This document shows, piece after piece, positions 13,681-26,736 of a DNA stretch of 64,000 nt. The notes below the pieces were generated by a model that worked only from the letters and a program-made list of their open reading frames with translations, did no database searches and had not been told where the DNA came from. Source of the stretch: Octopus sinensis (Eukaryota); assembly GCF_006345805.1 (NCBI RefSeq), contig NC_043002.1, positions 47,926,001 to 47,990,000 on the forward strand, in the 5' to 3' direction. How positions within the stretch are numbered: the first letter of the stretch is position 1; the number at the start of each line of letters is the position of its first letter. The position numbers and the translations under genes are program-made.

Positions 13681-16659
13681 TTGTAACTAATTGGGTGAAT
13701 AAGTACTCAACACCAGGAAGCTCAATGAGCAATTCTTTTTAATAGAAATTTTTGTTATTTTCCAGGTTCCAAAAGTTTCCTACCAACAAAGGATCAGAAT
13801 GTTTTCTAATCAGAATTCAAACACAAACGATATGCTAATCTCTCTATTTCTCTCTCTCTCTCTCTCTCACACACACTGCAAAATAGTATTATCCTTAATA
13901 TAAATTTCTAGCCTTTTCTCTTCAATAATTGCTGTTAAAAGCAATATTTTAATATTCTCAGTTGACTTATCAACTAGTAATTTTAATATCAATGAAACCA
14001 TAATAAGCACAGTATCATATATTCATTCCACTCACAAAACATCCTCATACATGACTAATTAGTTATCATAAGCAGGTCGATGTAATCAAGGAAAACTATT
14101 ATCTCATGATGGACAAGACAAAGTATAATCATCTCTTGCACTACTAATTACATTTTATCTTGATCTTCATAACAGACATTTATGCCCAATTACAATTTCT
14201 TAGATGTCAAAAGCAATTTGTACATATCTTCTTAGGAATAGGTATATATTTGTTAGAATTCCATATAATATACTACATTCTTAATTTATTTATATTCATG
14301 TAATTTGGTTTCTTTTTTGATGCTATCCTATGCTGATATGGACTAAATTCTTCTGAATTGTTGGATCAAATGTTTTTCCAGAAATGTAAGTCTACTGGGA
14401 TAAAAATGGTTGAGTAAAGTTTAGCCATCAGGATAATACTTGTCTGCATTCAGATGGTAATTTTCCAGATGTGCTCATAAATTATTGCGGTCATAAAGAT
14501 AACATAGTGATCAATATATATTATAGAAAGGTCTGATAAGATTGTATTGGCTAATAGGAAGTGCATCAAATCTGATTTCAAATAAGAATCATGATAGTGA
14601 AGAGAAGATACAAACAGACACAGAAACCTAGACTGGAGGAATAGCTATAGCCAGTGAAGAGGCAGTATGGACATAGTTAACAGATTGAAAAATAGTAGTA
14701 GTGAAAACAAGAAAATTCTCTCTCTCTCAAATAGACATAATTTTGTCAGCAACACAAACTCACAGATATGAATTGACATTTTCAAATTATAATAAAATAC
14801 TAATCATAGTTTCAACCACAGCTTTTATGTCGTGTTTCTTTGGGAGTTATGATTAGTTTCACTATTTTGATTAACTACTGCTTTGAAAGCAACTCATACA
14901 ATTCAGTGTAAATACCTTCCTAATGCAAGCCATTCAACTACAAAGTAAGAATGGAACCTAATTTCAGCTGGGATGACTGCAGCATGTATAACTGTACATG
15001 TATTTGTCTTGTCTAAGGTTTGAACTCATGCATTTTTCAGCATAATTACTGCCAAACCAAATAAAACTACATAAGAAATTGCAAAGGATAATCTGAACTT
15101 CAGAAGCTTTAAATAGGATACCTAAGTAAGACCTCCTCCTCTTCATCATCGCCATCAGCATCATTGTCATAGTCACTGTTATCTTCATCACCACCACCAC
15201 CATTTCTGTCATCATCATCATCATTTTAAATACACACAAAAAAAGAATGTGTATATTCCAGTGAGGATTAAGAATGCAATTTTCTGTGTATCTGTCTTTT
15301 TTCTCATTGGAAAGATGTTTTGTTCATAACAATATTTTCAACTCAAAGGAAAAATCATTCATTTCATTAGAATAACTAAAGATAAGCTTAAATACCATGG
15401 AAATGGTAAGAGTATCCAAATCAATTCCACAGTGAAGCAAATCAATCAAATGCTGTCCATAGGTATACTTCTGATTTTCTAAATTATGAATGTGATAAGT
15501 ATAAAAAACAAACCACAAATTCTAGTACCCATTCCCACCACAAATGTTTTTTAATGTGTAAAGAAATTACTAGGAAATGCATGGAAATATCCTTGAATGT
15601 CATAACCTCAAAATGTTAAAAGGAGTTTAGTCAAAGTATAGGTAAAGATTATTCTGTCGTGATTAAAAGATAATATTTGACTTAGTCTGACATATGCAAG
15701 TGTGAACAAATTTAAATGCAACATATCTGTTTTTATAGCCAAATGCCCTTCCTGTCACCAGCACTTACCTGATTCCTAGCAAAATAATATTTCCCATCCA
15801 AACATGCTGTCACAAAATATTGGAAATTTGGTCCAAGTACTTCAGAAATTATATGGTAGCTAGAGATTTAAGTGCTTTAGGTAATCATCTGGTTTTCCTA
15901 GTGCATAGCACCAGCCTTGGATATTTCACCACTTATCAGCAAGAAAACACTTTTACATAAGTTAAGAATGATGTAGAGAGTGTCTCACAAAGAATACATA
16001 CAACACAGGAACTAATTACAAATTATCAGCTGAAATTAATTATTCATCAAAAACTAATTAAAAATAAATTTTGAGAGAGTGCAATAAATTTGAAACATCG
16101 TTCTGATGTGCCAAAAATGTTCAGCTATATAATTAATAAAAACAACTTCTCATTGATTATTTAGGTTTTTAAATTATAAATTAGATATTTAGTTTTCTTT
16201 CTTTAAGGTGGTTTAATTATTTAAAAATTTTTGTCTTAGGTTCATAGGTTTCTTGTAATAGTTATAAGCTATCAACTTGCCCCCAGTATGCTACTTGTAT
16301 TTATTTCATGATCAGTGTAGATTAAAATGAGAAACCATTTTGATTTAGATTCAAGAGTAGGAAGTAAAAAGGGAAGATACAATAATTATATATAAAATGT
16401 TAGATTTTTAAATAATATTACTATTATAAGTACACTGCATGCTGGCTTCAGTGGGCCTGCTTCTTTTTTCTCGCTTACATTGGCATTTATGATATGTAAT
16501 ATAATTTACATGTAATTATGTATGTTCTCATATGTCTTTACCATTCACATAATTTTTAAGCACCTTCTCACATACTTTTACCAATCTTCTGTATTTCATC
16601 CTTTCACATAAAGTTGCTACCTATCAATCCTCAGGTTTCATAGTCAAGCAAAGTGCTTG

Positions 16660-16830
16660 ACAGGCTCAGTAGTGCCGGTGGCATGAAAGAAATGCACCCA
16701 GTACACACAGTAAATTGGTTTGTGTGAGGAAGGACACTCAGCTGCAGAAACCATTCCATAGCAGAAAATGGAGCATGATGTAAACCATCCAAACCATGTC
16801 AGCATGGAATTTGATAATGATGATGATGAC
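16660..16830 (+). mobile_element. Family B repeat (diverged)
   Basis: gtgccggtggcatgaaag..aaaccatccaaaccatgtcagcatggaa..gatgatgatg. Confidence 0.7.
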
Positions 16831-18444
16831 AGGGCCATTGCCATTGTTGCCACCACCACCAACATCAGCATTTTACTTTACATCTACCCATGTTAGCATG
16901 TTATGGATTGACCTTCTTGGTCGTTTTTTACCATACATTTCCAACACCAGAGAAAACTGACCATTTGTTGTTGTGTATATATATCATGTATTGAATATAG
17001 GTTTATTGACCGGAAGCCTTTCCTATTGCCAGTCACTTTGGAGCATGAACTGGGTATATCTTAATAAGTTAACAGCACCAGAGAGGAACGACTGCGATAG
17101 AACTAAAGAGTCCTTTCAACACTGTGTTAGTGTTTTTATTTTGAGTTACTGCTCTACTAAATAGGTTACAAAAACCATATATTCCCCATCTACTCTTTCT
17201 TTTTCATGGTGTGGGTTTCTACAGGTTATAACCCTTTCTTTCCTCAATCATTTTGCAGTTTGGACTAGGTGCTGGCACTAGAGAATTTATCTCCAACAAA
17301 ACTAAAGTGTTCCCAGTAATCTATGCCACCTCTGTTCATTATTTCCATTTTCTAACATATATGGAAATAAAATATTGCCAGTATTTAAAGACATAATAGT
17401 GTCTCATCAACAAAGCTTCCATTAATATGATTTTTTAAAATATGCTTTACAATTTATAGAAATTGATTTTAATAGATTTGAATTATATATAAAGTTCATG
17501 ATTTAGAAGTTACTTTAAAATTTTCACAAAATGTAAGTCAAGCCATATTAATCAGAAAGTTATTTTAAACTTAAGTAGAGAGTAGATGTTTTCTGTGCTA
17601 AGGAGAATGATAAAACTGTGACAAGACAATGCATCAAGAAATCTAGAATCTCAGTTAGTTTTCAATAAAACAGATAAAAGCAGAAGTTTTGCATTACTGT
17701 AACATATTATAATTATGTGTTATATGTATATTATTCTGACTTAAAAGATTTCAGCCATAAATTTCAAAGAGTGTCACATTGAATAAATTTCTAAAAAAAC
17801 TAATGACTTGTGGAGTTATGTTGAACAGCTGCTATAATGTTTGTGTGGAATGGGTCTGATTATCAGCCAAGTTCATACTGATGATTGCCCTGTTGCCCTC
17901 CTGTAACTGGGTGGGGAGACAGTTTTTATTTGGTGGCTATAGTGAAAGAGATAGTGTCACGGATGAAGCTAAAAGTCATGAGAGCAGAGACATTTCTGTA
18001 TGGTAGAGTCCTCGCTGACTGTTCAATTGTCACTCACAAAGGAAGGTGAGGGTGGATAGGGATGTGCTGTCCTTGAGTTATTTTACTGAAATGTGGGTGA
18101 AAGTGACAAAAATGTGGATAGCACCACTCTAAATATAATCATGTAAGTTACATAGCAAACTTATTGAGGAAACTTTCTCTTAGCATTCAGGGTGATTTTG
18201 TACAGTGGGATTCTTTAATCACTCCTAGAACTCCTCTTGTATCAGGAAGATCATTTCATCATCATCACTATCATCATTTTTTTCTCTTATGCTGTATACC
18301 TTATATACTTGCATTCAGTACTTTTTGTAAATACTGTATACCATATATTCTTTTTTCAGAATCATTCCATACTATGGAAATGTCTTTATAAGTATTTTTG
18401 TATCATTCTCACTCATCCATTGTCCTAGTGGCAAATAAAAAAAA

Positions 18445-19030
18445 TGTCTGTTGTTGTTGTTATTATTATTGAGTGACAGGGCAGTGCATGCCATCAAAGT
18501 GATAGTAGGGTAAAATATACGAAGCCCAATACACCCATCATGACTACCTGTCTGATAAGGGTACACCAGGCACATGTACCACAACCATATGTGTGCAACA
18601 TAATGATCTCATATCAAGATAAACAGTGCATGACCTTGCAGGTGGGGGCCCAGCTAGAATTTTCTTCAGGTTGAGTAGCCTCTCCTGCTCAAAAGGTCCC
18701 TGAATAAGGGTTGTTTAAGGATGCTGAACAAAACACCCACGTTTCCAAAGGTGAGTTATCCAAACCCCAAAGAATTCCTTTCAACACATGGCTATGGTGC
18801 TCCCTCACTACTTCTGCTCATGATCAGGGATGCTCATGTCATCAGCCTTAAGGGACATGCTCAACTGGTTAAGGTCAAACAACTGACAAGCAAATCTGTG
18901 GTATTGAGCAGAATATTTGCTGTAGCCCATCTTTTATACTGAAACAAAACAATGTACATGATAACACTTCCAATCAGTTAAGATCAGAAACCATGGAAGC
19001 TACTGCACCGGGGCATTTATTGTTGTTGTT
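18445..19030. mobile_element. Unclassified interspersed repeat, GC-richer block between (TGT)n/(TAT)n runs
   Basis: Composition shift and flanking microsatellites. Single copy in this window, recognised only by resemblance to octopus repeats. Confidence 0.4.
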
Positions 19031-19689
19031 ATAAATATTATTATTATTATTATTTAAGGTTTATTTTCTTTTTCTACATTGAGCATGGTGGTACTAACTA
19101 AACTGTTAGTTTACTTATAGATGGCATCTCTGGCTAATTCCTTCAGTCATTATGATCAATTTCTATACTTACAAGTATGTATTATGATGCATCAGTATAG
19201 TAATTTCCTTGTCATAAAATAAGCAAGCACAGAGAAAGCTATGCTTTTCTGAGGAAGTTTAATAAGATGGAAAATGTCCAAATTTTTTGTTACACTGGCC
19301 AAAATCATATTAAAATAATATTCATTAATTGGAAATTTTCTCCTCACTGTGAAAGTGCTTAACTAGATATTTTCTCTTTATTGTGCTTACAAAACACGAA
19401 TGAGATCTCTGTTCCTGCATTGGGCATAGTGATATTCAGATGCAGATAGTCTAGGCAACATCAAAAAAGGTTTCTCAACTGTTTGTCATGTCATCATGTG
19501 CCACCACAAAAAAAAGTCATATAGATACAGCTAAATGTAAAAATATCTTCTAAAAAATAAATAGTGCACAACTATGAGTGTGCCTGTTATATACCATGAG
19601 ACAAAAGCTCTTGTAATTACATGCATTTCAATATACCTACGAAAGCCCTCAAGATATTATTGAAGACAATGTTCCTCATTGTTTGACAG

Positions 19690-20185
19690 GAATGGAATTT
19701 ACAGAAATGAAGGAATTGGGATTCTCAAGAAAATCAATATCGTGCAGGTGGAATACACATAGATGACGATGATCCATTCAACCATTCATCTTCTCCATCT
19801 GCTATTCTTGGAAAGGTCATGGGGACACAATCCTCAGGACCCTCTTCTATAGTGTCCTATCAGAAACAACTGCCATCAAACTTTCCTGCTGGATTCCAAA
19901 GTATGTCCAACTGGAACTATGGATATTATCTAAACATCATACTCTTGGTCTACTCCTAGGTCTCTTATTTGTATTCATGATCTCATTTATTTGAGAAATG
20001 ACTGAAAGAATATGATCATGAACACAATATATCAAAATGGGTTTTTTTCCAAAGATCTCTCGAGTAATATTATTTGATAGCATGTACATCTCAGAGATCA
20101 GGGAGTCTCTCTAGGTCAAGCCACTACTTCTCCACATTGAGAGGTCACAGCTCTGGTACTTATGGACATATGGTTAAAATACTAA
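19690..20185 (+). mobile_element. Degenerate RTE-like LINE C-terminal fragment
   Basis: PLLLHIERSQLW resembles the LLLxIERSQLRWxGH motif. The upstream part is GC-richer and broken. Confidence 0.5.
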
Positions 20186-20876
20186 AGGAAAAGATTGCAT
20201 GACAGAGTTTTCAAACTGAGTCAACCAAAGAATAACAAAAAAAAAAGGGCTGTCAAATATTAAAAATATATAACAAAAATGGTGTCAACTCCTCAACTGC
20301 TTAAGATAAATATTTTCAGGACACTAACCCATTTAGACAAATAGATAAATATATAAATATAAGTAGTGGTTTAGAAAATAGTATTCTGAACCAATAATGA
20401 AAAAGAACTGAAATGAGAAAATAATTTTTTGATCTCTATTTCCAGAATGTTGCATATTTTATAACCATGATTTACTGTTTCTTCCTTCATAAATGTTACT
20501 GGCACTAAATATACATTTAAAACTATTTTAGGAGATGATTAGTAAATAAAAGAAGAATATAAAGGCTATATTGATTCTTTTGTTGAATAATTGTTTTTAA
20601 TTATACTTTAGATGTACTCTTTCATTGGTAATCTGTTTAGACTAATTAATAGTAGTGAGAAAGCATTCTAAAATGAATATAAACTGTAAATGTACGCAAA
20701 ACTGTTGAAGATTTTGAATTATCTTATTGTTCTTGAAGGATTCTGAAAAGCGAGTTTCTGCGGTCAAGTTCACCACTGTCATTTTAATATGTCTTCCTTA
20801 TAAATGAATGACTATAATAATTCTCGTTTTTGGATTTGGTTTGCAAGATTCTTTATGTGAGTTCGTGTGTTGAAGC

Positions 20877-21107
20877 ATATTCTGTTGTGTCTGGGGAGAG
20901 TCATTTCCTTTTTGTGCCTTATAATGTAACACACTAACTGGTAAAATTTCCACTTATTTCTTATTGTCAAGACCATTGAAAAGGTTGCAAGACACAGAGA
21001 AAATTTTAGGAAAATAAAAATAAGAAATAAGTGGAAATTTTACTGGTGAGTGTGTTACATTATAAGGCACAAAAAGAAAATGACTCTCCCCAGACACAAC
21101 AGAATAT
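20877..21107. repeat. Inverted repeat: 89-bp arms (20877-20965 and 21019-21107), 53-bp spacer
   Basis: 85/89 identity by eye; the arms look repeat-derived. Confidence 0.95.
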
Positions 21108-21254
21108 CATAATTCTATTTTACCTTATTAACAGAATTTTAATCTGATAAAGAATTGTGGTAAAGTTCTTCAAAGAGGAATGAATAATTGCAAGAGTAGT
21201 AGAACTAAATATATATAAGGTTCTGAAAAATCATATGGAAATAGAGATTCACTT

Positions 21255-21612
21255 CACAATTATGGGGTTTCAGGTTCAGTTCCACTGCACACTATCTTGG
21301 CTAAGTGCCTTCTGCTATAGCCCCAGGCTGACCAATGCTTTGTGAGTCTATTTGGTCGATGGAAACTGTAGCGAAGCCCGTTGTGCATGTGTGTGTGTGT
21401 GTGTGTTGTGTGTGTCTTTCTGTCTATATTTGCCCCTCTCCCTAAACTCTGCTTAGCAACTGGTGTTGGTTTATTTATAACCTTGTAACTTAGTAGTTCA
21501 GTAAAAGACTAATAGAATAGGTACCATATTAGAGAAAAATAGATACTGAGATTAATCTGTGTGACTAAAACCAAAGACCTTCTTCAAGCAATACCCTAGC
21601 ATGACTGCAGTT
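21255..21612 (+). mobile_element. SINE family A (diverged)
   Basis: ggttcagttccactgc..gctgaccaatgctttgtgagt..cagcatgactgcagttcaat. Confidence 0.8.
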
Positions 21613-22020
21613 CAATCAATGAAATAAGTAAGCAATTAAACGATATAATTTCCTACTGGAATCCATTTTGAATCTTGACTGTCTATGGTAAAGCTTAATT
21701 AGTAAAATATAGAAAACAGCTTTCACAGTTATTTTGTTTGCAGAGAAAATAGCAACACTTTGTCAACTGGTTGTCATATTACTTAAACCTTTTATCATTT
21801 TAGTAACAAAAACAATTTTCTATGTCTTGTACAAAGCTGGTTTTGACACAGAGATACAGAATTTCAACAAAGAATGCAATAAATTATAAATCATATCTTT
21901 ATATTGATGAAAAACGGACACCCACGCAACTTTAGATTTGATACTGATTAAATTACATTCAATTTTCCATCATTTATGACTTTGAAGATACTTAAGACCA
22001 AACCATCAAAGTTGATATTA

Positions 22021-22923
22021 TTAGGTTGTCAAGAAAGTTCTTGCGAAATTTTAAATTTTGGTTTTAAACAATGTATTTTCAAATTAATTTTCGTGAAATT
22101 ACTTTTGCTTTATATATCATTTTAAAGCCCATATTTTTGCTCTATTTAATCGTGTTACTCTTTTTCTTTTTGAATAATTAGGCCATTTTTTCCAGAACGT
22201 TGAATACAACATGGACAAAACGCAAATTCGCACAATTTTCTTATTCCCGTTCAAGCTAGGCCAAAAAGCTGCTGAAACAGCTCGCGATATCAATGATGCA
22301 TTTGGCACAGGAACCACTAATGAACATACAGCACAATGGTGGTTCAAGAAATTTCGTAGCTGTGAATAGAATCTTGAAGATGATAAGCATAGTGGTCAGC
22401 CATTGGATGTTGACAACAATCAGCTAAGAGCCTTAGTCAAAGCCAATCCACGCACAGCTGTTCGAGAGCTTGCTTCTGAATTAGACGTAATGTATATGAC
22501 AATTTCCAACCACTTGAAAGAGATTGAAAAAAACAAAAATGCATGAGAAATGAGTGCTGCACGAATTGAACAACAGCCAACTGACCCAGCATAAGTTGAA
22601 TGAATTGGGCTATGAAACTCTGTCTCATCTGCCATACTCACCAGACCTCTCACCTACCGACTACCACTTTTACATGCATCTCAAGAACTTCCTGCATGAG
22701 AAATGCTTAAAAACCAAGACGATGCCAAACACACCTTCAACAACTTAATCGCCACCAGAATGCAGGATTTTTATGCTACTGGCATAAATAAACTTCCTTC
22801 GCATTGGCAAAAGTGTGATGATTCTGATGGTGTTTATTTCAATTAAGAAAGTTTTGTTAAAGCCAAGATATGTGCATCTGAATTTAAAGGTTAAAAACCG
22901 CAAAAACTTTCTTGACAACCTAA
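22021..22923 (+). mobile_element. mariner transposon with an internal deletion
   Basis: TIRs ttaggttgtcaagaaagttcttgcg and cgcaaaaactttcttgacaacctaa with TA at both ends. Transposase pieces MDKTQIRTIFL..KLGQKAAETARDINDAFG, a WVPHEL-like VLHEL, then a jump to LPYSPDLSPTDYHF. Confidence 0.92.
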
Positions 22924-24136
22924 TAGTAATAGAATTTCAAAGATTGGTGTGGAAGAAAATTATTTGAATTTTAAATAAAATTTTGACTGGTTAGTAAATT
23001 TATAAAAGAAAATAAGAAGGGTGCTTTATTTTCCTATCCAAATATAACAAAAGTTTGTGGGACATTCCTATTTCTTTCAGTTGCTATTTGAAAATATGAA
23101 GTGTTAAAATCAGCATTCTTTATTCTAGTAACATTCAAAAAAATAATAGATCTTTGCCTGTTTTCATGTTTCAATTAAATGTTTATTATTTCTCTAAGGA
23201 CTCCCAACAGGGCTTTATTTTTAATGCAATCCAAGATTAGATTTTTAGAGTTGACACACAAAGAAGTGAAAAATTGAAAGAGAAATTTACGGTAAACTCA
23301 CAAGTAATTATTTATATAGTTTGAAAACATTTGAATTTACTGACTGAATTATGAAATTAACAATATAAATTAAGAAACATTCGAAATTAAAAGAAAGCAT
23401 GTTTAAAATTTTAAAAATAGCAATTTCTTTGATTTCATTGTATTAATGCATAAGTCTCGACTTGGTGATTTACATATTTTAGATAGAGTTCTAGATATTT
23501 AATTAACTGGTGGTGCTCCAGCATGGTCTTAGCAGTGAGTGCTAAACCATACAAAAAAAAACATTCTCTCACAGTAATTAATATATATCATACAATTTAC
23601 CAATTCTTTCTATGTGTAAAGAACTTATCACCTATAAGCTTCTTCTAGTGTTGAAAACTTACAAGATTAATTATTTCAAATATCTAGCTTTTTAAATTTT
23701 CCTTATTAAAGAGGCTTGCTAAAGATAAATGCCAATCATTCAAACTATATTTTAAAGCAAAATATAAAACAAAAACTGAAATATATTTTCAAAAGAAAAA
23801 GACCAAATTAAAATCTAAAAATTGCAATAACAATAACAACTTTAGCTTATCACAAAACACATTTTCACTGAGTGGCTGAACAGAATAGAATATACAGCTG
23901 ATATACAACATAAAAATTATTTTTGTGACATCTTCAGATTTTTGAAATTAATTTATCTATTTTTATTCAAGTTATTTTATTTATATATCTATAAAACATC
24001 TCAGTACAAGCAAAACAACTGAATAGAATATAGCTATTCAAAAACATTCTACGTTCTTCAATAATTGGTAAAATTTTTGTTTTGATAAGTTTCAATCAAC
24101 ATACAAAATTCTATTTCTCTACAATTTTGAAAATAC

Positions 24137-24443
24137 TAATAATTGACTTAACTTTTTAAATACAAGGGGCATTTTCATTATTCTCCAGCATTTCAATGTC
24201 ATATCTACAGTTAGCCCTATTGACACGACTAAATATATATGGACTGTCATTTCAGACTATAATTTATGGGGGTGTTTATTTTGATGTTGATAATAATTGA
24301 TTTAAGTTTTGAAATACAAGGAATATTTTCTTTGTTATCCCGTATTTCAATGCCATTTTTACTACCAGCCTTACTGATATAATTAAGTAAACATAGAATG
24401 TCATTTCAGATTATAATTTATGGGATATTCATTTTGAAGTTAT
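24137..24443 (+). repeat. Old tandem duplication with a 154-bp period
   Basis: Both units start taataattga, share aaatacaagg and catttcaatg-like blocks and gtcatttcaga(c/t)tataatttatggg. Confidence 0.85.
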
Positions 24444-24772
24444 GAACAAATGACCATGCAATACAGACTTTTGAAGAAAATTGGACTGTTCTACCTTCAT
24501 TGAATATACAATACATGTGGTTGTGAATTAAGTAAATAATAACAAAATCATGAGGATGGTAAGCATTGCCAATGTGCTATTATAAAAAATGTCTACTAAA
24601 AGTAATACAACATTTGAGAACGTTAAACAGAAATTTAAAATAAAGTGTGATATAGCTATACAAATTCACAAGTCTTTTTATTCATATTGTATCATTTTGA
24701 AATATGAGCATAATAATGAAAAAGAACCAAATCCAATGTTACATGAAGAGAAATTTGAAGCAATTACACATC

Positions 24773-25140
24773 AGGCATGGCTGTGTGGTTAAGAAGCTCA
24801 TTTTGCAATCACATGGTTTTGGGTTCAACCTCACTGCTTGGACCTTGGGAAAGTGTCTTTTACAATAACTCCCTGACTAACCAATGTCTTGTGAGTGAAT
24901 TAGTCAAATGGAAACTTTATGGAAGCCTGTTGTGTGTGTGTGTGCATGCATGTATATGTGATGCATGTGCATTTGCGTATGTCTCAAACCACCTCTTGAC
25001 AATTGGCTTATTAATGTCCCTGTAATTTTGTGGCTTGGCAAAAGGGATTGATAGAATAAGGACAAGACCTAAAAAAAGAAAGTAAGTTTTAGGGATGATT
25101 AGATTGATTAAATACTTGAAGGCATTGTCCCAGAATGGTT
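24773..25140 (+). mobile_element. SINE family A (diverged), about 100 nt from the donor of the follistatin exon
   Basis: caggcatggctgtgtggttaagaagc head, (TG)n centre and ccagaatgg tail remnant. Confidence 0.8.
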
Positions 25141-25240
25141 ACAGTTAAGTAAAAAGCATAAAAGACAAAACAAAGATCAAAGACACTATACATATATATA
25201 TTACATCTATTTTCAATAATACAAAAGCAAAGAGCTTTAC

Positions 25241-25456
25241 CTCCACATTGTTGAGCAATTAAGACTTTAATCCTTTTCTTTTTCAAACAACTTTCTCTTT
25301 TCAAGTTGCATTCATTGGTATAAGAGACCAGGTCACTACCACACACAGGGGAAAAGATGTCATCGCACTTCTCAATACATCTGCAGTATGGCTTCATGAT
25401 AGTATTGTTAACATGGCATTCAGCCCCAAATGCACAAAAATGAGTATCACATGGAT
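25241..25456 (-). CDS. AGRN: Internal coding exon encoding one follistatin (FOLN + Kazal) domain; agrin-like gene
   Basis: Minus strand reads ttttatatttcttttccag|ATCCATGT...TGTGGAG|gtaaag; 216 nt, phase 1-1, no stops. Translates (D)PCDTHFCAFGAECHVNNTIMKPYCRCIEKCDDIFSPVCGSDLVSYTNECNLKRESCLKKKRIKVLIAQQCG: 10 Cys in follistatin spacing with the VCGSD..Y.NEC.L...SC Kazal motif. One FS module per phase-1 exon is the agrin architecture. The exon call is strong; the agrin identity is less certain (tomoregulin or other FS proteins are possible). Confidence 0.88.
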
Positions 25457-25582
25457 CTGGAAAAGAAATATAAAAAATTGAGAAAACAAGCTACATATGC
25501 ATGTGATACATACATATACATACATATACGTATACATACATATACATATGTGTGTATGTGTGTGTTTAATACATCTATTATT

Positions 25583-25699
25583 GTTATACAAGAATGTTGT
25601 TGACAGTAACTTCGAAGTTTCAGCCAGTTAAGCCATTATCAGGTGATAAGTTAGCTGGATGAAACTTTAGAATCACTGTCAGCAACATTCTTGTATAAC
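25583..25699. repeat. Imperfect 117-nt palindrome (stem of about 50 bp)
   Basis: gttatacaagaatgttg... and ...caacattcttgtataac form a 17-bp perfect outer stem; pairing continues with several mismatches to a central ttatc-aggt-gataa. Confidence 0.92.
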
Positions 25700-25794
25700 T
25701 GATAAATATGTACTCTACAAAATTACTGAGTAGCCCATTGGATTAATGTAAAATCTTTTTCATTATAACAGAACATAAAAGCAATCATTAATAT

Positions 25795-26484
25795 ATCATC
25801 ATCATCATCATTTAGCGTCCGTTTTCCATGCTAGCATGGGTTGGACGGTTCTACTGGGGCCTGTGAAGCCAGAAGGCTTCATCAGGCCCAGTCAAATCTG
25901 GCAGTGTTTCTACGGCTGGATGCCCTTCCTAACGCCAACCACTCCGTGAGTGTAGTGGGTGCTTTTTACGTGCCACCCGCACTGGTGCCAGACAGAGCTG
26001 GCAAACGGCCACGAACGGATGGTGCTTTTTATGTGCCACCGGCACGAGGGCCAGGCGAGGCTGGCAACGGACACGAAACGGGGCGGGCTGGCAACGGTCG
26101 CGAAACGGAAGGTTCTCTTACATGCCACCGGCACTGGTAACACATCTGCAATTTCCATTGATCGATTTCCATTGATCGATTTCGATTCTGATCCTCACTT
26201 GCCTCAATGGGTCTTCACAAGCAGAGTTTCGACATGCCACCGGCACTGGTAGCACATCCGCAATTTCCATTGATCGATTTCGATTCTGATCCTCACTTGC
26301 CTCAACACGTCTTCACAAGTAGAGTTTTTGTCCCAAGAAGGGAAGGTATGCATACGTAGGCTGGCTCCATCCCATGTAGAGGGCCACGGGTTGTGGACTC
26401 ACTGTCCTGCCGGGTCTTCTCGCGCACAGCACACTTCCAGAGGTCTCGGTCTCTAGTCATTTCCTCAGTGAGACCTAAAGTTCG

Positions 26485-26486
<2 letters not shown>
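25795..26486 (-). mobile_element. 5'-truncated RTE-clade LINE (last ORF2 codons, 3' UTR and (GAT)n tail)
   Basis: Minus frame [25 protein letters not shown] is a typical RTE C-terminus. The GC-rich UTR has internal repeats and matches many shorter copies in this window. Confidence 0.8.
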
Positions 26487-26540
<54 letters not shown>

Positions 26541-26689
26541 TGTGTGTGTGTGTGTGTGTGCATATATGTGTGTATATATACATATATATACATATATATA
26601 TATATATATAAAAAGAGTAAAAAGAGAGTAAAAGAGTATAATATATATGTGTGTATGTGTATATATGTGTGTATGTGTATATATGTGTG

Positions 26690-26736
<47 letters not shown>

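Noticed and set aside
15769-15775. Minus-strand 7-nt exon-like unit ttttgctag|GAATCAG|gtaagt
   Set aside because: Not a multiple of 3, and the donor lies in a family B repeat fragment.
25089-25397. The ORF-track 102-aa ORF as a complete protein
   Set aside because: The Met is internal to the exon and the tail after QQCG is intron read-through; the real unit is the spliced exon 25241-25456.
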